The notes under the pieces were generated by a model. It did no database searches. It saw nothing but the letters and a program-made list of their open reading frames with translations, and was not told the origin of the DNA. Of a stretch of 64,000 nt of DNA, positions 41,926-53,300 are shown piece by piece. The position numbers and the translations under genes were made by a program. Position 1 is the first letter of the stretch, and every line of letters starts with the position of its first letter. This DNA is from a virus: IMG/VR virus record IMGVR_UViG_3300042520_003271, positions 22,913-86,912 of that record, one strand, 5' to 3'.

Positions 41926-42193
41926 CAGCTGACTTTGGTGGTTTTTTTAAATTCGGCGCTATAGAGAATGGATCTAAATCGGGGACTTTAAGTGGTTCAA
42001 ATTTTTTTATGGATTCTTTTTCATTAGATACTTGCTGATAACCGACAGTTTGTTGATCAATATGTTTTGTTGGTTTATTCTCAGTATTTATGATCTTGTT
42101 TAGTAATATGGTCGATTGCACCAATAATATCATAATAAGCGACATCATAATTATCAACATCGATACGAGTATTAATGTAGTAATATCAGACAT
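41888..42193 (-). CDS. Single-pass membrane protein with a Pro/Lys-rich tail
   Basis: N-terminal hydrophobic helix ITTLILVSMLIIMMSLIMILLV. Confidence 0.65.
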   Translation of the reverse strand: MSDITTLILVSMLIIMMSLIMILLVQSTILLNKIINTENKPTKHIDQQTVGYQQVSNEKESIKKFEPLKVPDLDPFSIAPNLKKPPKSAGGFGNKTDQNDP

Positions 42194-43568
42194 AATGATT
42201 CCTCATCAGTGATACGCCGAGAGATTCTGCTAACTCGCCAAGATTCCCTAATAAATTTAATGAATTCACATAGTCTTCACGATGGTATTCATTTTCAGCA
42301 ATATAATACCCATTATTGTAATAGCTGCTGGTAATATGACTTTTACCCTTCGACCATTTGAAGTCCGCCCCTAGTATTTGGATCCTCTTTGGTTTAGCTG
42401 ATATTAGCATATGAGTCAAACAAATAAGAGGGTTATTGTCAAGAAAATAAAGACCTGTGGTCATTATGCTGTTTTTATCTGTAGTAGTGTCGATAGCGGC
42501 TACCTTATTTGTGACATCTCTCAATAATACGAATTTATTTTGCATTTTATCATATATATAATCAGGTGCTATCAAAGACTGCTTATTGTATGTGCTCAGT
42601 AGATCTGATAATATGTGTAACTCCTGAGTAAAAACGAAGTCACATTTAAAAATCCTGCCAGTAAAATCGATGCCTATAACATAGTCATAGTGAAAAATAT
42701 TGATTGGCGCTATATCTTCTAGAGAGACGCCTGGATATAAAACCACGATATTTTTGTCGCGGAATTTTCTTTTTAGGTCTCTGTTTATTATAAAATTTGG
42801 GAAAAACCGAGCATAATAGTCATCTAACATCATATAATTGCCAATGATGCGTTTTCTATCTGTCATCGGATGGGATAAAGTATCAACAGTCATATCAAAG
42901 CCATATTGTGATCTTAAGTATTTTAAGTTTTCATCGTTCTTAGAGAATGCTTTAGAATCTGTTTTTATAGGTAAAGAATCATAAAAATGAATCTTGCTCC
43001 CTCTTCTAACTAGATCTATCGATAATGCTATAGCTGTTTCAGCCCCTAAAACTAGAGGAATGTCAAAGCCTTCAACATGTCTAAAAATATTTATATCAAA
43101 AATGAAAGCTGATGGATTTAAGATGGTTAAGTCAGTAGTATTATCTTTCTCTCTAATTATCTTAAAATCTGGATCAAAGGTAAGTCTTCCAGTTCTAGTG
43201 TTGTCGATATCACAGTTAAGGTCTATATCGATTATCGTAGAATCTATAGATACAATGTCAGATTTATTGGTAGCGATAAAGTTCAATACGCTTTCATAAA
43301 ACCCTGGCAAAAAGTAAGCTGAACCGTTTATGAACAGTACAAAATTAGATACTCGGCTATTGATAATGTGGTTTAATGATGCTGAATTAGTTGCAGTATT
43401 ATCCTTCAATTCCATGAACTGTATGCCATTTAGAACCATATTAGGCTTATGGTCAGTTTTGTGAATTACAATTATTTCTTGGCGCTGTTCTTGGCCGAAC
43501 ACTGATAATATGTTAAAGATGCTTGTATAGTCTATTTTTCCATCGAAATATTGAATTATGGTTAGCAC
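42186..43568 (-). CDS. Degenerate GT2-like domain fused to a Maf/sialyltransferase-like domain
   Basis: FRHVEGFD in the N-terminal half; NIVVLYPGVSL..YDYVIGID and IQILGADF..H in the C-terminal half. Confidence 0.55.
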   Translation of the reverse strand: MLTIIQYFDGKIDYTSIFNILSVFGQEQRQEIIVIHKTDHKPNMVLNGIQFMELKDNTATNSASLNHIINSRVSNFVLFINGSAYFLPGFYESVLNFIATNKSDIVSIDSTIIDIDLNCDIDNTRTGRLTFDPDFKIIREKDNTTDLTILNPSAFIFDINIFRHVEGFDIPLVLGAETAIALSIDLVRRGSKIHFYDSLPIKTDSKAFSKNDENLKYLRSQYGFDMTVDTLSHPMTDRKRIIGNYMMLDDYYARFFPNFIINRDLKRKFRDKNIVVLYPGVSLEDIAPINIFHYDYVIGIDFTGRIFKCDFVFTQELHILSDLLSTYNKQSLIAPDYIYDKMQNKFVLLRDVTNKVAAIDTTTDKNSIMTTGLYFLDNNPLICLTHMLISAKPKRIQILGADFKWSKGKSHITSSYYNNGYYIAENEYHREDYVNSLNLLGNLGELAESLGVSLMRNHYV

Positions 43569-43576
43569 TGTTCAAC

Positions 43577-45505
43577 CTAGTAGTAAGCTACTTTAAATGT
43601 TATAGTCGGTATGGCGAAAGCGCCTGAGAAATCCGAACTATTTACCCCATTGGGATTATATCTTGACCATAATTTCCAATCGAAAACTACGCCGATGCGA
43701 TATTCACCATATATTCTAGGTATTTCTACAGTACTTATTTGGGCTAGATCGGTGTTGCATGACTTGTTTCTTGATCTGATATATTGTAAACATTCTGTAT
43801 TACCATCCCAAGAAGGTAATATATTGTTCGATGAATCTGCCCCAAAATCTCGACATTGTATTCCGCTTTGTGTAAAATATATCGTATCTGTGTTCTTCAA
43901 AGGTTGGACTTTACAATAAGTGCTTGTATTCAGGACAAGTGCCCAGTTATAAAATGGATAAGTGATGTAGGCGCCAGCTAGATGGCCAAAATAATTCCAC
44001 GAGGCCTTAATAGACGCAGAGACTGACAATACCTTCATAATATTCTTATCATGGCCGATAGCGGCCTTTATATCTTCTTCATTTAAATTAACGGTTGTCC
44101 AAAATTCTGCGTATTGGGAATTGCTTATATATTGGTTAGCCGTCCATTGTGCTGAAGTTATGGAAGTTGAATTATTTCCTAGCGTATATGCGCTGTTTGA
44201 AAGAGGGCCAGTGAGTGTTGGCGCCAAAGCATAACTTATACCTCTACTAGAGTAGTCATATATTTTTTCAACAATCGCTTTAGGAGTATAATCAAAAACC
44301 TCATATTGAAAATTTGCTAATCTAGCTTTTTTTGTTTCTACTGCCGATTTTATTTCTGCTTCTGTCTTTGCTTCGCTTATATTCGACATAGCGCAGCCTT
44401 TTGGAATATCGGATAACACATAGCCAGTTCTTACCTTACATGTCTGGTTTTCTTCGATTTTATCGAATGAAAACATATAATCAAGATAGCTATTCGACCC
44501 GCTTATCGATAATTCGTAAAATGATTGGCAAATCAAGATCCTGCCGTCTGGGCTGACAGTGGCCTTAAAAGGAATAGTACCATCCGCTGTTGAACAGGCC
44601 TGTGTAAAGTTAGAGAATCCATTGCAAGGAGAAATTTCACTTAAAGCTAAATTTATAGTGTAGGCTATTTCTTCAGAAGTATATTTTTTGTTAGTGAATT
44701 TAACAGCAAGAATACCAGAGTAGACAGGTATCACTAAACCATCTGGAGCATCGCTGTTATAAATGATAGTACTTTTATTATACATCTTAATGAAGATGAT
44801 GGGGTTCGTCTGACCTCCTAAGTCCCACACCCCCCTTTGGTGAATCGTATTTGGAGTATAACCATCACAACACGTAATGTAGCCTAAAGTGTTTAATGTC
44901 TGAGATTTAGAAGTATTGTTAGGAAAGATACTTGGACACATAACATTACCCAAGATCGAAGTAGAAAAGCCAAATCCAGAATTACAAATGTTTTGGTTCC
45001 CGAAATCGGTATTACCAATTCTAGACAGCGGAAAGATAGAAGCTGACGTGATGGCATTCGAAGATAAATTAGATCGCTGAGCATCAAATTGCCTTGTATC
45101 ACCGCCAACCACTAAAAAGTCTACTGCGGCTTCTTCATCTGGATTAGACGTGCATCTGTCTGCGGTTAATACCAGCCTTAGATCAGAACTAACAGAAGCT
45201 CTAACAAATACTAATTGTGAATTTATAAAATCTGCGATTTGCGTGACGGCTGTCACTTTACCAGCTAAAAATGAAAAATTAAGCTCTTGCCAGCGGCCAT
45301 TAGCAGCATCCTCGAGCAATGGCCCATTACTTCTAGATTGTAACTTAACCGACATTTTAAAGAATGGTATAGAAAAACCAGAGGAATAATTGCTAAAATC
45401 GAAAACACCGGCTGTGGATGTAATAAGTGGATAGTCATTACCAGCATAAGATGAGGTCTGATATCCAAGTATAGATGCATAGTATTTGTGTGGTCCATAC
45501 TTCAT
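43577..45505 (-). CDS. Hypothetical structural protein
   Basis: 642 aa, Ser/Asn-rich, with IADFINSQL and IAYTINLAL motifs common in tail/baseplate proteins. Confidence 0.55.
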   Translation of the reverse strand: MKYGPHKYYASILGYQTSSYAGNDYPLITSTAGVFDFSNYSSGFSIPFFKMSVKLQSRSNGPLLEDAANGRWQELNFSFLAGKVTAVTQIADFINSQLVFVRASVSSDLRLVLTADRCTSNPDEEAAVDFLVVGGDTRQFDAQRSNLSSNAITSASIFPLSRIGNTDFGNQNICNSGFGFSTSILGNVMCPSIFPNNTSKSQTLNTLGYITCCDGYTPNTIHQRGVWDLGGQTNPIIFIKMYNKSTIIYNSDAPDGLVIPVYSGILAVKFTNKKYTSEEIAYTINLALSEISPCNGFSNFTQACSTADGTIPFKATVSPDGRILICQSFYELSISGSNSYLDYMFSFDKIEENQTCKVRTGYVLSDIPKGCAMSNISEAKTEAEIKSAVETKKARLANFQYEVFDYTPKAIVEKIYDYSSRGISYALAPTLTGPLSNSAYTLGNNSTSITSAQWTANQYISNSQYAEFWTTVNLNEEDIKAAIGHDKNIMKVLSVSASIKASWNYFGHLAGAYITYPFYNWALVLNTSTYCKVQPLKNTDTIYFTQSGIQCRDFGADSSNNILPSWDGNTECLQYIRSRNKSCNTDLAQISTVEIPRIYGEYRIGVVFDWKLWSRYNPNGVNSSDFSGAFAIPTITFKVAYY

Positions 45506-45519
45506 AAATTTAAGCTCTT

Positions 45520-48500
45520 TTAAGGATAAGGGTCTTCGAATGTAATTTCTATCTGGCCGCTCCCATTATTGCGGCCCGGCGAACCAATAGCTGTAATCGT
45601 CTTATACCCGAATTTAGTCGCCCCTGTTGTCGTAAAGAATCTATCGCTGGCTCTATCGCCTGTCTGGTCATTATTCTGCGGCGATTCTGGCCTATATGTT
45701 TTTAGTAATGTTGTACCATCTGATGAGTAAACATATATCGCTCCTACAAGTTCTTTAGTGCCTTGGTATGGCGAACGGGGCGCCGTAATTACGATATTGG
45801 CCAATCCATCTCTAGTAGTTTTTATCTCTCTACCAAAACCAGAATCTTTACCGTCAGGCGCCACAATAATACCGGTCGCTTCAAATGGTGCAGTGCTAGG
45901 CCCAGTTTTAGCGTACATTTTTACCAAGCCAGTGTCTGTTCCGACAGCGAGTGTCATAATTGACGTGTCAGGATTGATATAGATCTTAACAGCAGTTCCA
46001 AAGCTTTCTGTAACAGTATCACCCATCAAAATGTATGTGTCTGGTGTCGCTGGGTCACGTTCATCTACACGCCAGATCCATACTAATCCCTTTCCATCGT
46101 AAGCTTTAGGAGCTCCCACAGCGATCCATCTATTACCTATAGTGCCTAATATGCTAACAGAATAACCAAATAATGGGTATTTTAATTTAGCCTTATCAAC
46201 TGTCGCTGTTAGGAAGTCAGCGCCCTTAAAGATCGAAGCGGTAGTGTTATCCCAGCCAGCAAAACTAGCATCTTTGGTTACGTCTCTAGTATAAAGCTCT
46301 ATTGCGCCAGTCCCGTTATTAGAAAACAATGAACCAACTATGAAAGAAATACCGTCTTCACTCATCGCGACGCTAGCTTTTCCTGTAACAGGCCCATTTG
46401 TCCCTGTGGCGTTTGATGAAAACAATATGCTTCTATCATACGGAGGACCAGCAAGCCACGCTTCGTGCCATTGGCCAGGGCCACTATTGCCAAAACCTTC
46501 GTCTAGACGCCTAAAGATACCTAATAAATTGGCGTCAGTTCCGTAAATGTTAGTGATTTGTCCTAGACATTTTGAATCTGTTACGTATGAACCAGGTATA
46601 GGAAGATTAGTTATAGGATAAGTAGCGGTTGGCACGTTACTATAGAGGCTTCGTTGCTCTAGTTGGTTAAAGAATCGATTGCCCATTCTAGCATAAGTGC
46701 ATTTGCCAAGCACAACACTGCCACCAAGGCTCGCATCTAAACGTCTACCCCAAGTACAAGTAAAAAATCTGCCATCTGGGTTCATTTCTACTTGGCCACC
46801 AAACCAACCAGTGCCGGTCGGCGCAGTGATAATTTGTTTATTACTTTGGTTAAACAAAACCGATCTCAACCCGCCATTTATAAATGATCTTATAAATACA
46901 CTACCATCTCTACTAACTGATTGGTCGTTACCTACAAAAAAGACTGTATAGTCCTTAGAGCCAGTAGAGCGGTACTTTTGATCTGCGACAGGGATACCAC
47001 CATATCGTAAATCATAATAAAAGGTCTCATTGTTTACATTGTTCGGAGCTGCACTTTGGTCAGAAACTAACTGATATCTATCGGCTGCGCCTTTTGTTAA
47101 ATAGTTAGCACCTGCAGCAAGTGATTCTACCCCATTAAGTGTTTCATTCTTTAATATCGCGCTCGGGGTTGTGATGATATAGTATGGGACAGATAAAGAT
47201 TCTAAATAATATAAGCCATAGTCTAACATTGCTACTTTACCATCGCCGCTTAGGCCAAAAATCGGAGTATTGGTTATGGCGCCCGCAGCTAAGGTTAAAT
47301 GGTTAGTCAGGACAAAATTCGTCGATAGATTAGGTCTCTTATATAAGAATGATAATAAAGTGTTATAACCATAGCTCGCCAATAGTCGAAGACCATCATC
47401 GCTTATAGATAATGAAATACCGAATTCTCCGTAATTCATAGATTGAGGAAAGGTACATAATGCTAAACCAGTCCTAACCCATGTTTCACCTGTACCAGTG
47501 TCATTATACTGATAAACGGCAATATTACCAGCATATGTGGTTATTGGATCGTTAGTCGTTCTTTTACCGTCACTCCCTATCGGTTGTACTTGTATGTAGG
47601 GAGTCTCGTTTGTGTTGTTATTAGGATAAATAAGATCACTACTTTGATAGAAGCCAGTTAACCACGGAGCTGTATTAGTAACGTCTTCTATATAGATTAC
47701 ACCACCTTTAATCGTGCCATTAATCGCCTTCGGATTTATTAATATAATCTCTACTGCGCCGTTCTGATAGCGACGAAGAAGCGATGCACTTACTCCACTA
47801 ACCCCTAGGTATGTTCCTCCGGATGTATAGATATTTATTATTAATGTGTTAGCGCTGGTCTGTACGCCAGTATAAAATGGATAGGTCCAATCATCAAATT
47901 GCCTTGTATTGTCTCCTGGCGCGATGGAGTTAGGAGAAACTGTCGCTACAGTACGACCATCAGGGGTGCAGCATATACGAGTGCCCCAAGTTGTGCCGAG
48001 ATAAGAATAGGCACTTTTTGTAGTTATTTTCATGTCTGGAGTAATCGGTAATTCGCTGTCGTAGACGTATTGGCCTCCAGTATAATTAAACACCATGATT
48101 GCGCCAGGGCTATTAGGCTGACCAATAAATATTCGATTTCCATCATGTGAAATGGCTAAGCCTTCGCCAAAACCCAAAAATGGTATGCAACCGACTACTA
48201 ACGTTTGGCTGCTTGTTATTGGCCTGCTATTTGGTGGTCTAATATCTGAAATTATATCGATTATTTGATATCTTGCGCCTATTGTAAATCTGCCATTTAA
48301 ATCATAGTTGAATGTTATGTAGTCGCCCTTATTAAACACGGTGCCGCCTTGGTCGCCATCCATAAGTATAGGATAGGCAGTAGTGTTAGTCCAGTAAGTA
48401 GTATTACTGCCGTTGCGTGCACCAGAGTCTATGACACCTATAGATGTCGATTTTTTTGCCTTATTGGTGGTTGGTAAAACAGTCTCGATGACGACCTGAT

Positions 48501-50331
48501 TTGCACCGGAGCTAGGTACAGGTATAGCAATGGAGTCATATCTATTCAGATTTTTTATATAGCACTTCGTAGCGCTCTGGTTTGGAGAGTAAACCTTTTG
48601 AATATAATTCCAGATTTTATTAGAATCTCTTTTGTAGATGTAAACCGCACCACTCTGTTCTCCAGCGCTGTTAAGCGCTATTGGCGCGCCGACCAATAAA
48701 GTCATTCCATCGCCGCTTACAGCAATTGTTTTACCATAATTTTCATCAGCATAGTTAACCTTAAATTCTCCATTGTCAGCTGGGAATGACTTAAGCGTGC
48801 TTGGTATTGGCGTTGGCGTTGGCGTTGGCGTTGGCGTTGGCGTTGGCGTTGGCGTTGGCGTTGGTGTTGGTGTAGGTGTAGGTGTAGGTGTAGGTGTAGG
48901 TGTAGGTGTAGGTGTAGGTGTAGGTGTAGGTGTTGGAGTAGCGGTTGGTGTTGGAGTAGCGGTTGGTGTTGGAGTAGCGGTTGGTGTTGGAGTATTAGTT
49001 TGCACTATAGTAAATCCAGCCTGATAATAAGGCGTACCGTTTACCGTTATGATGGCTTGGCTTGCTCTAGGATCAGTATAATCTATAATGAATGTGTCTG
49101 GGACAGCGACAGTAGTCGTATGAGAACTCTTATATGATTCGATTTTTAGCTCTTGTGCCACCCTGTCGATTCTGTTAGCATATCCGGTTATATTATTACC
49201 AGCAAAAGCAATGCCTATTATTTTTTCCACTCCACCGATCACAGCTAACACCGGAGATCCAGAATCACCACCGGCTATAGGCCAATAGGATGCATCAGCA
49301 TTTTTAAAGACAATATTATCGCTCCAGGTGTTTGTTGATGTTCCATCAAGGTTTCCGACTGTAATTGTAGCGCCAATGCCCGTTATTATTAACTTGCAAG
49401 CAGCAGTTTGGGTAAATCCTTTAGGTCCTGTTGTACGGCCTGTGCTATAAATCGTCGTAGTATTGGCATTCGCTAAAAGGTCATTAATCTCACTCGATGT
49501 GGCAAATTGTGGTATCGGTTTAGCCGTATAATTATCGCTGCCGATTGGACGCCAAGTGTTATAAGATGAAGCAACATCGATATAAGAATTATTTGGAATA
49601 TAGATAGCACCGTCTACATAATTTATACCAGAAGTAACTGGAACATACCTTTTTAACCTACCTACTAAATTAAGACCATTAGATCCATTTAAGGCAGTAA
49701 CACTAGGCGGGTACTTTTTCCCGTCCACGACCCAAGGTAAATTTTCATATATATTATAAGGATCCTGAGTTTCTAGTGCTATGTCCCTGTCTGTAGCTAT
49801 ATTTCTTCTGTCAATTGCAACGTGGCTGTTTGTAAGGCCTACGACTCTAAAATCTATACTATCGAGACAGAACATACCCAAGGTCCCAACACCGAATGAA
49901 TAACCTGTCTGGCCGTTACTAGTCACGGCTGTCCAACCAGTAGGGAATTGGATTAATTCCTGCCCGCCTTTCATTGGTAAAAGAAGTGGAGTGTCATGTC
50001 CTTGTAGCCGTAATATATTGGGATCGGTGCCTACATATGAAGTCAGAGGTGTAGAACTCATGTTAGGATAACAAGGCATTAACTTTATAGGCAGAGCCTC
50101 AACGACATCAGTAATAATATCGACGCCATCTACTGTAATCGTAGAAGGTAAAACATCTGATGGTTTAAGTTCATTTTTATTCTTCTTCTTTAGCACATTA
50201 AAAACAACACCTATTTGGCCGGTATTATTTCCGCCTTTATGCTTATGCCCAAGACTAACACCATGAACGTCATCAGGTGTTATGTCATAGAGTTCTTCTA
50301 ATTTTATTCTTATACTATCAGTAAGCCTCAT
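45520..50331 (-). CDS. Trypsin-like serine protease fused through a PT linker to an FG-GAP propeller
   Basis: Triad TNSHV / VDGAI / GGDSGSPV; long PT linker; [25 protein letters not shown] and FGYSVSI..IAVGAP repeats. Confidence 0.85.
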   Translation of the reverse strand: MRLTDSIRIKLEELYDITPDDVHGVSLGHKHKGGNNTGQIGVVFNVLKKKNKNELKPSDVLPSTITVDGVDIITDVVEALPIKLMPCYPNMSSTPLTSYVGTDPNILRLQGHDTPLLLPMKGGQELIQFPTGWTAVTSNGQTGYSFGVGTLGMFCLDSIDFRVVGLTNSHVAIDRRNIATDRDIALETQDPYNIYENLPWVVDGKKYPPSVTALNGSNGLNLVGRLKRYVPVTSGINYVDGAIYIPNNSYIDVASSYNTWRPIGSDNYTAKPIPQFATSSEINDLLANANTTTIYSTGRTTGPKGFTQTAACKLIITGIGATITVGNLDGTSTNTWSDNIVFKNADASYWPIAGGDSGSPVLAVIGGVEKIIGIAFAGNNITGYANRIDRVAQELKIESYKSSHTTTVAVPDTFIIDYTDPRASQAIITVNGTPYYQAGFTIVQTNTPTPTATPTPTATPTPTATPTPTPTPTPTPTPTPTPTPTPTPTPTPTPTPTPTPTPTPTPTPIPSTLKSFPADNGEFKVNYADENYGKTIAVSGDGMTLLVGAPIALNSAGEQSGAVYIYKRDSNKIWNYIQKVYSPNQSATKCYIKNLNRYDSIAIPVPSSGANQVVIETVLPTTNKAKKSTSIGVIDSGARNGSNTTYWTNTTAYPILMDGDQGGTVFNKGDYITFNYDLNGRFTIGARYQIIDIISDIRPPNSRPITSSQTLVVGCIPFLGFGEGLAISHDGNRIFIGQPNSPGAIMVFNYTGGQYVYDSELPITPDMKITTKSAYSYLGTTWGTRICCTPDGRTVATVSPNSIAPGDNTRQFDDWTYPFYTGVQTSANTLIINIYTSGGTYLGVSGVSASLLRRYQNGAVEIILINPKAINGTIKGGVIYIEDVTNTAPWLTGFYQSSDLIYPNNNTNETPYIQVQPIGSDGKRTTNDPITTYAGNIAVYQYNDTGTGETWVRTGLALCTFPQSMNYGEFGISLSISDDGLRLLASYGYNTLLSFLYKRPNLSTNFVLTNHLTLAAGAITNTPIFGLSGDGKVAMLDYGLYYLESLSVPYYIITTPSAILKNETLNGVESLAAGANYLTKGAADRYQLVSDQSAAPNNVNNETFYYDLRYGGIPVADQKYRSTGSKDYTVFFVGNDQSVSRDGSVFIRSFINGGLRSVLFNQSNKQIITAPTGTGWFGGQVEMNPDGRFFTCTWGRRLDASLGGSVVLGKCTYARMGNRFFNQLEQRSLYSNVPTATYPITNLPIPGSYVTDSKCLGQITNIYGTDANLLGIFRRLDEGFGNSGPGQWHEAWLAGPPYDRSILFSSNATGTNGPVTGKASVAMSEDGISFIVGSLFSNNGTGAIELYTRDVTKDASFAGWDNTTASIFKGADFLTATVDKAKLKYPLFGYSVSILGTIGNRWIAVGAPKAYDGKGLVWIWRVDERDPATPDTYILMGDTVTESFGTAVKIYINPDTSIMTLAVGTDTGLVKMYAKTGPSTAPFEATGIIVAPDGKDSGFGREIKTTRDGLANIVITAPRSPYQGTKELVGAIYVYSSDGTTLLKTYRPESPQNNDQTGDRASDRFFTTTGATKFGYKTITAIGSPGRNNGSGQIEITFEDPYP
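48809..48992. repeat. Compound hexamer/18-mer microsatellite encoding a PT linker of about 60 aa
   Basis: (GGCGTT)n, then (GGTGTA)n, then three GGTGTTGGAGTAGCGGTT units. Confidence 0.95.
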
Positions 50332-50343
50332 GGTTTTCCTTCT

Positions 50344-53300
50344 TTATTTCCACGCTGTGTAAAGTACTTTTAATTTTGATGTCGTTGGCGTTGGTGTCGG
50401 TGTCGGTGTCGGCGTTGGCGTTGGTGTCGGTGTCGGCGTTGGTGTCGGCGTTGGTGTCGGCGTTGGTGTCGGCGTTGGTGTCGGCGTTGGTCCAGAACCG
50501 CAATTAGGGTCAAATGTGACAGTATATGTAGCAGTCGATCCTGTCGGTAATGGCATTATCGATGCGCCGCCGGTCGATATTATACTCCTAAGATAAGGAA
50601 AAACAGCAGGAACAGTTACCAACCCAGGAGATGCACTAACTAAACAATTGCCATCTAGGCATTTTATTCTCATCCTCTTAATGGTTTTAGACCCACTAAT
50701 TATCTTTTCAATATTAGTGATTAAATACTTACCATTATATGGGTCTGTAATGCTATCTAGTTTCACCTCTATCGTGTCACCGATATAAAATTGAATACCG
50801 TTAGCATCGGTTATAGTATCGATCTTAGCGACATTATCGAATATAGTCATACATAAACCAGGGCCAACCGGTATTTGCGGTTTAACGAAGTCCTTCGCCA
50901 GTACGTATCCATTTCTTTCTGGCGACCCATGAGCTAATACAAAGGCACCATTTATAGACCCAAATCCGATCTGAACAAAACTAGATGAAAAAGTATCTGA
51001 AGCATTATTATTATCGATAATGCTATAACCATAACCATAAACATTTCCGCTCTTAAATACGACCAGACATCCTGAAGTATTAGGTTGATAATCTATCACA
51101 CCAGATTCTGGTAAATCTAATTTAATTGGTACGTAAGAGTTTCGCGGTAAACCGGTCTGACCAACAAAACCGCCCCAAAATAGCAAATCACCGTCACGAG
51201 TTAAAGCCATGACATTCGTTTTGGAAGTACGTACACCAAACCCAACACCAGCTCCCAAGCCTATACCAGATACTCCAGGTCCAGCACCAGATCCTATGGT
51301 CTGCACTGGAATCGGATTATACATTGGGATTACTTTATTGGTTGTATAGCCCTCTTTCTGGTTGATGCCTAGTACACCACATTTGTTCTCACCAATAACA
51401 TGCAGGCCGCCGGAAGCATCCACGATTATCAGCGCGGAATCACAAGCATATATCTGCTTGTATGATGGGTCGCTAGCTATTAGTGTGGGCTTATATAAAT
51501 AAGCGATTCCATTAGCATCTGTTCTTTCATAAGTAGTATCAGAAGTCCACTTTAGACTTACGCCAAGGTATGACTCCATGCTGTTCTTACCAACGTAGTA
51601 TATCTCACCTAGATTGGTTAGAAACGCTGTAAATCCGTTGCCTGGGGCTATTTGGTTATAGCTAACTTTTGATAGTTTAGGTAAGAATTCTGCCGTGACT
51701 CTGGTTGGCTCAGCGATAGTTTGGCCTTTTTTGTCGTGGCATGCCTCGCTGAATGTGTCTATACCCCAGGTATAAAGATCACTATTTCCATCGATAGCGT
51801 AAGCCATGCTACCGAATGTGTTAACATATCTCCACATGCCAGGCGCAGCAACCAATGGGTTAACTTTACCATCGATTCTTAACATTTGGGTAGAGTTATT
51901 CGGTCTTCCTGCCCAATAGCCTGAGCCATAAAGATACCCATCAAAATTCGGCATGCCGCTGCTAGGTGGATTAATTAGCAGCATTCCGCTTGAACCAGAT
52001 ACCAAATGATTTATACCAAAACTGGAAAAAGTATCACCATACCAAATATTACATTTTGCGGGTGGCGTTGGAGTTGGAGTAGTAATGACAGGATTACACA
52101 CAATAGTGTGCACGCCATCTTTAATATCAGAAATATAATAAAAAGTATTGATCCAATTTGATGGCGGATTCGAGTCTACACCGCCCGGGAAAGCGAATAC
52201 TATTTTATCGCCAATAGCAAATGGAGTGCTAGTAACTATAGTTCCATTAGAAGCATTTTCCCTCCAGAATTCTCTATAGTTATCTTGTCTTGGATTATAA
52301 TATAGATTAAGCGTCCTTATGATATACACGCTGGCTGAAGCGGTTATAGATGCTCCAGAGTTAACACTTGTTATTAGATCGCTATCGAAAGATTGATTGC
52401 GTATACCAACATATCCCCATTTGCTAAAGTCGCAAGTGACAGTAGATGTTGGAGTTGGGGTCGATGCACCGCAGAGTAGATTTATAAAATAAACTGGGTC
52501 TCCAGTTGTTTGGGTAGTTTTTAACTCAGCGCCGCTAGAAGATACTAAGGTGCGCCCAGCTAATAAAGGAACGTGTAAACTACCTTCACCCCAGCCAGTA
52601 AAGCACCCAAATGATAAACATTCAACATCCATCGTATTATTAGAAATACCAATAACTTTGAATGTACCATTTGGGTTAGGCCAAGACGCATCTATAGCTG
52701 GTATCCCAGAAAGCGTTAAAATATCTCCAACAGCAAACGACTTACCATTGCTTCCAACCAATGTAAGATCTTTACTATTATATATTGTTATAGATATTCT
52801 GTTTATAGTAGAGGTACAATTAGAGGATGGTGTAGGTGTCGGCGTCGGGGTTGGCGTTGGTGTTGGTGTTGGTGTGGTGACAGGCGGATTACACACGATG
52901 GTGTGAACGCCGTTCAGGATTTTAGTAATATAATATTCTTTATTTTCATAGCCTTGTGGTGGGGTTGATAATTGGGCGAAGGTTATTACATCCCCGACAG
53001 AGAAAGGAGTAGCTAGTATTGGCTGGATCGAATTCGCCGGCATCTGCCAAAATTCCCTATAATCATATTGGATAGGATTATAGTAATTAACCAAAGTTAA
53101 TTTGATAATAGTACCATTATTAAACGTATTGATAGTCGCGCCAGTTTTAACGCAATTGATTATTTGATTACCAGTATTAAAAAATGCTATAGGCCATGAC
53201 AAAAAACAATTAGTGGCAGTAGGGGTAGGGGTAGGAGTCGGCGTAGGCGTAGGCGTAGGCGTAGGCGCTGGAGGTGTGCCGGCGAGCACAGCTGCGGCCA

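Noticed and set aside
41925-41952. Programmed -1 frameshift at T TTA AAA AAA fusing the TM protein to the actin ORF
   Set aside because: The actin ORF is in the +1 frame relative to the TM gene, so a -1 slip does not join them. A +1 slip on the A7 run is possible but unsupported.
48809-48992. CRISPR array
   Set aside because: These are spacerless hexamer repeats encoding Pro-Thr. No repeat-spacer structure was seen anywhere in the window.
50318-50503. Alternative-frame ORFs over the PT microsatellites (TNAD repeat, GVGV, WCWC ORFs)
   Set aside because: They are shadow frames of the PT linkers in the real minus-strand genes.
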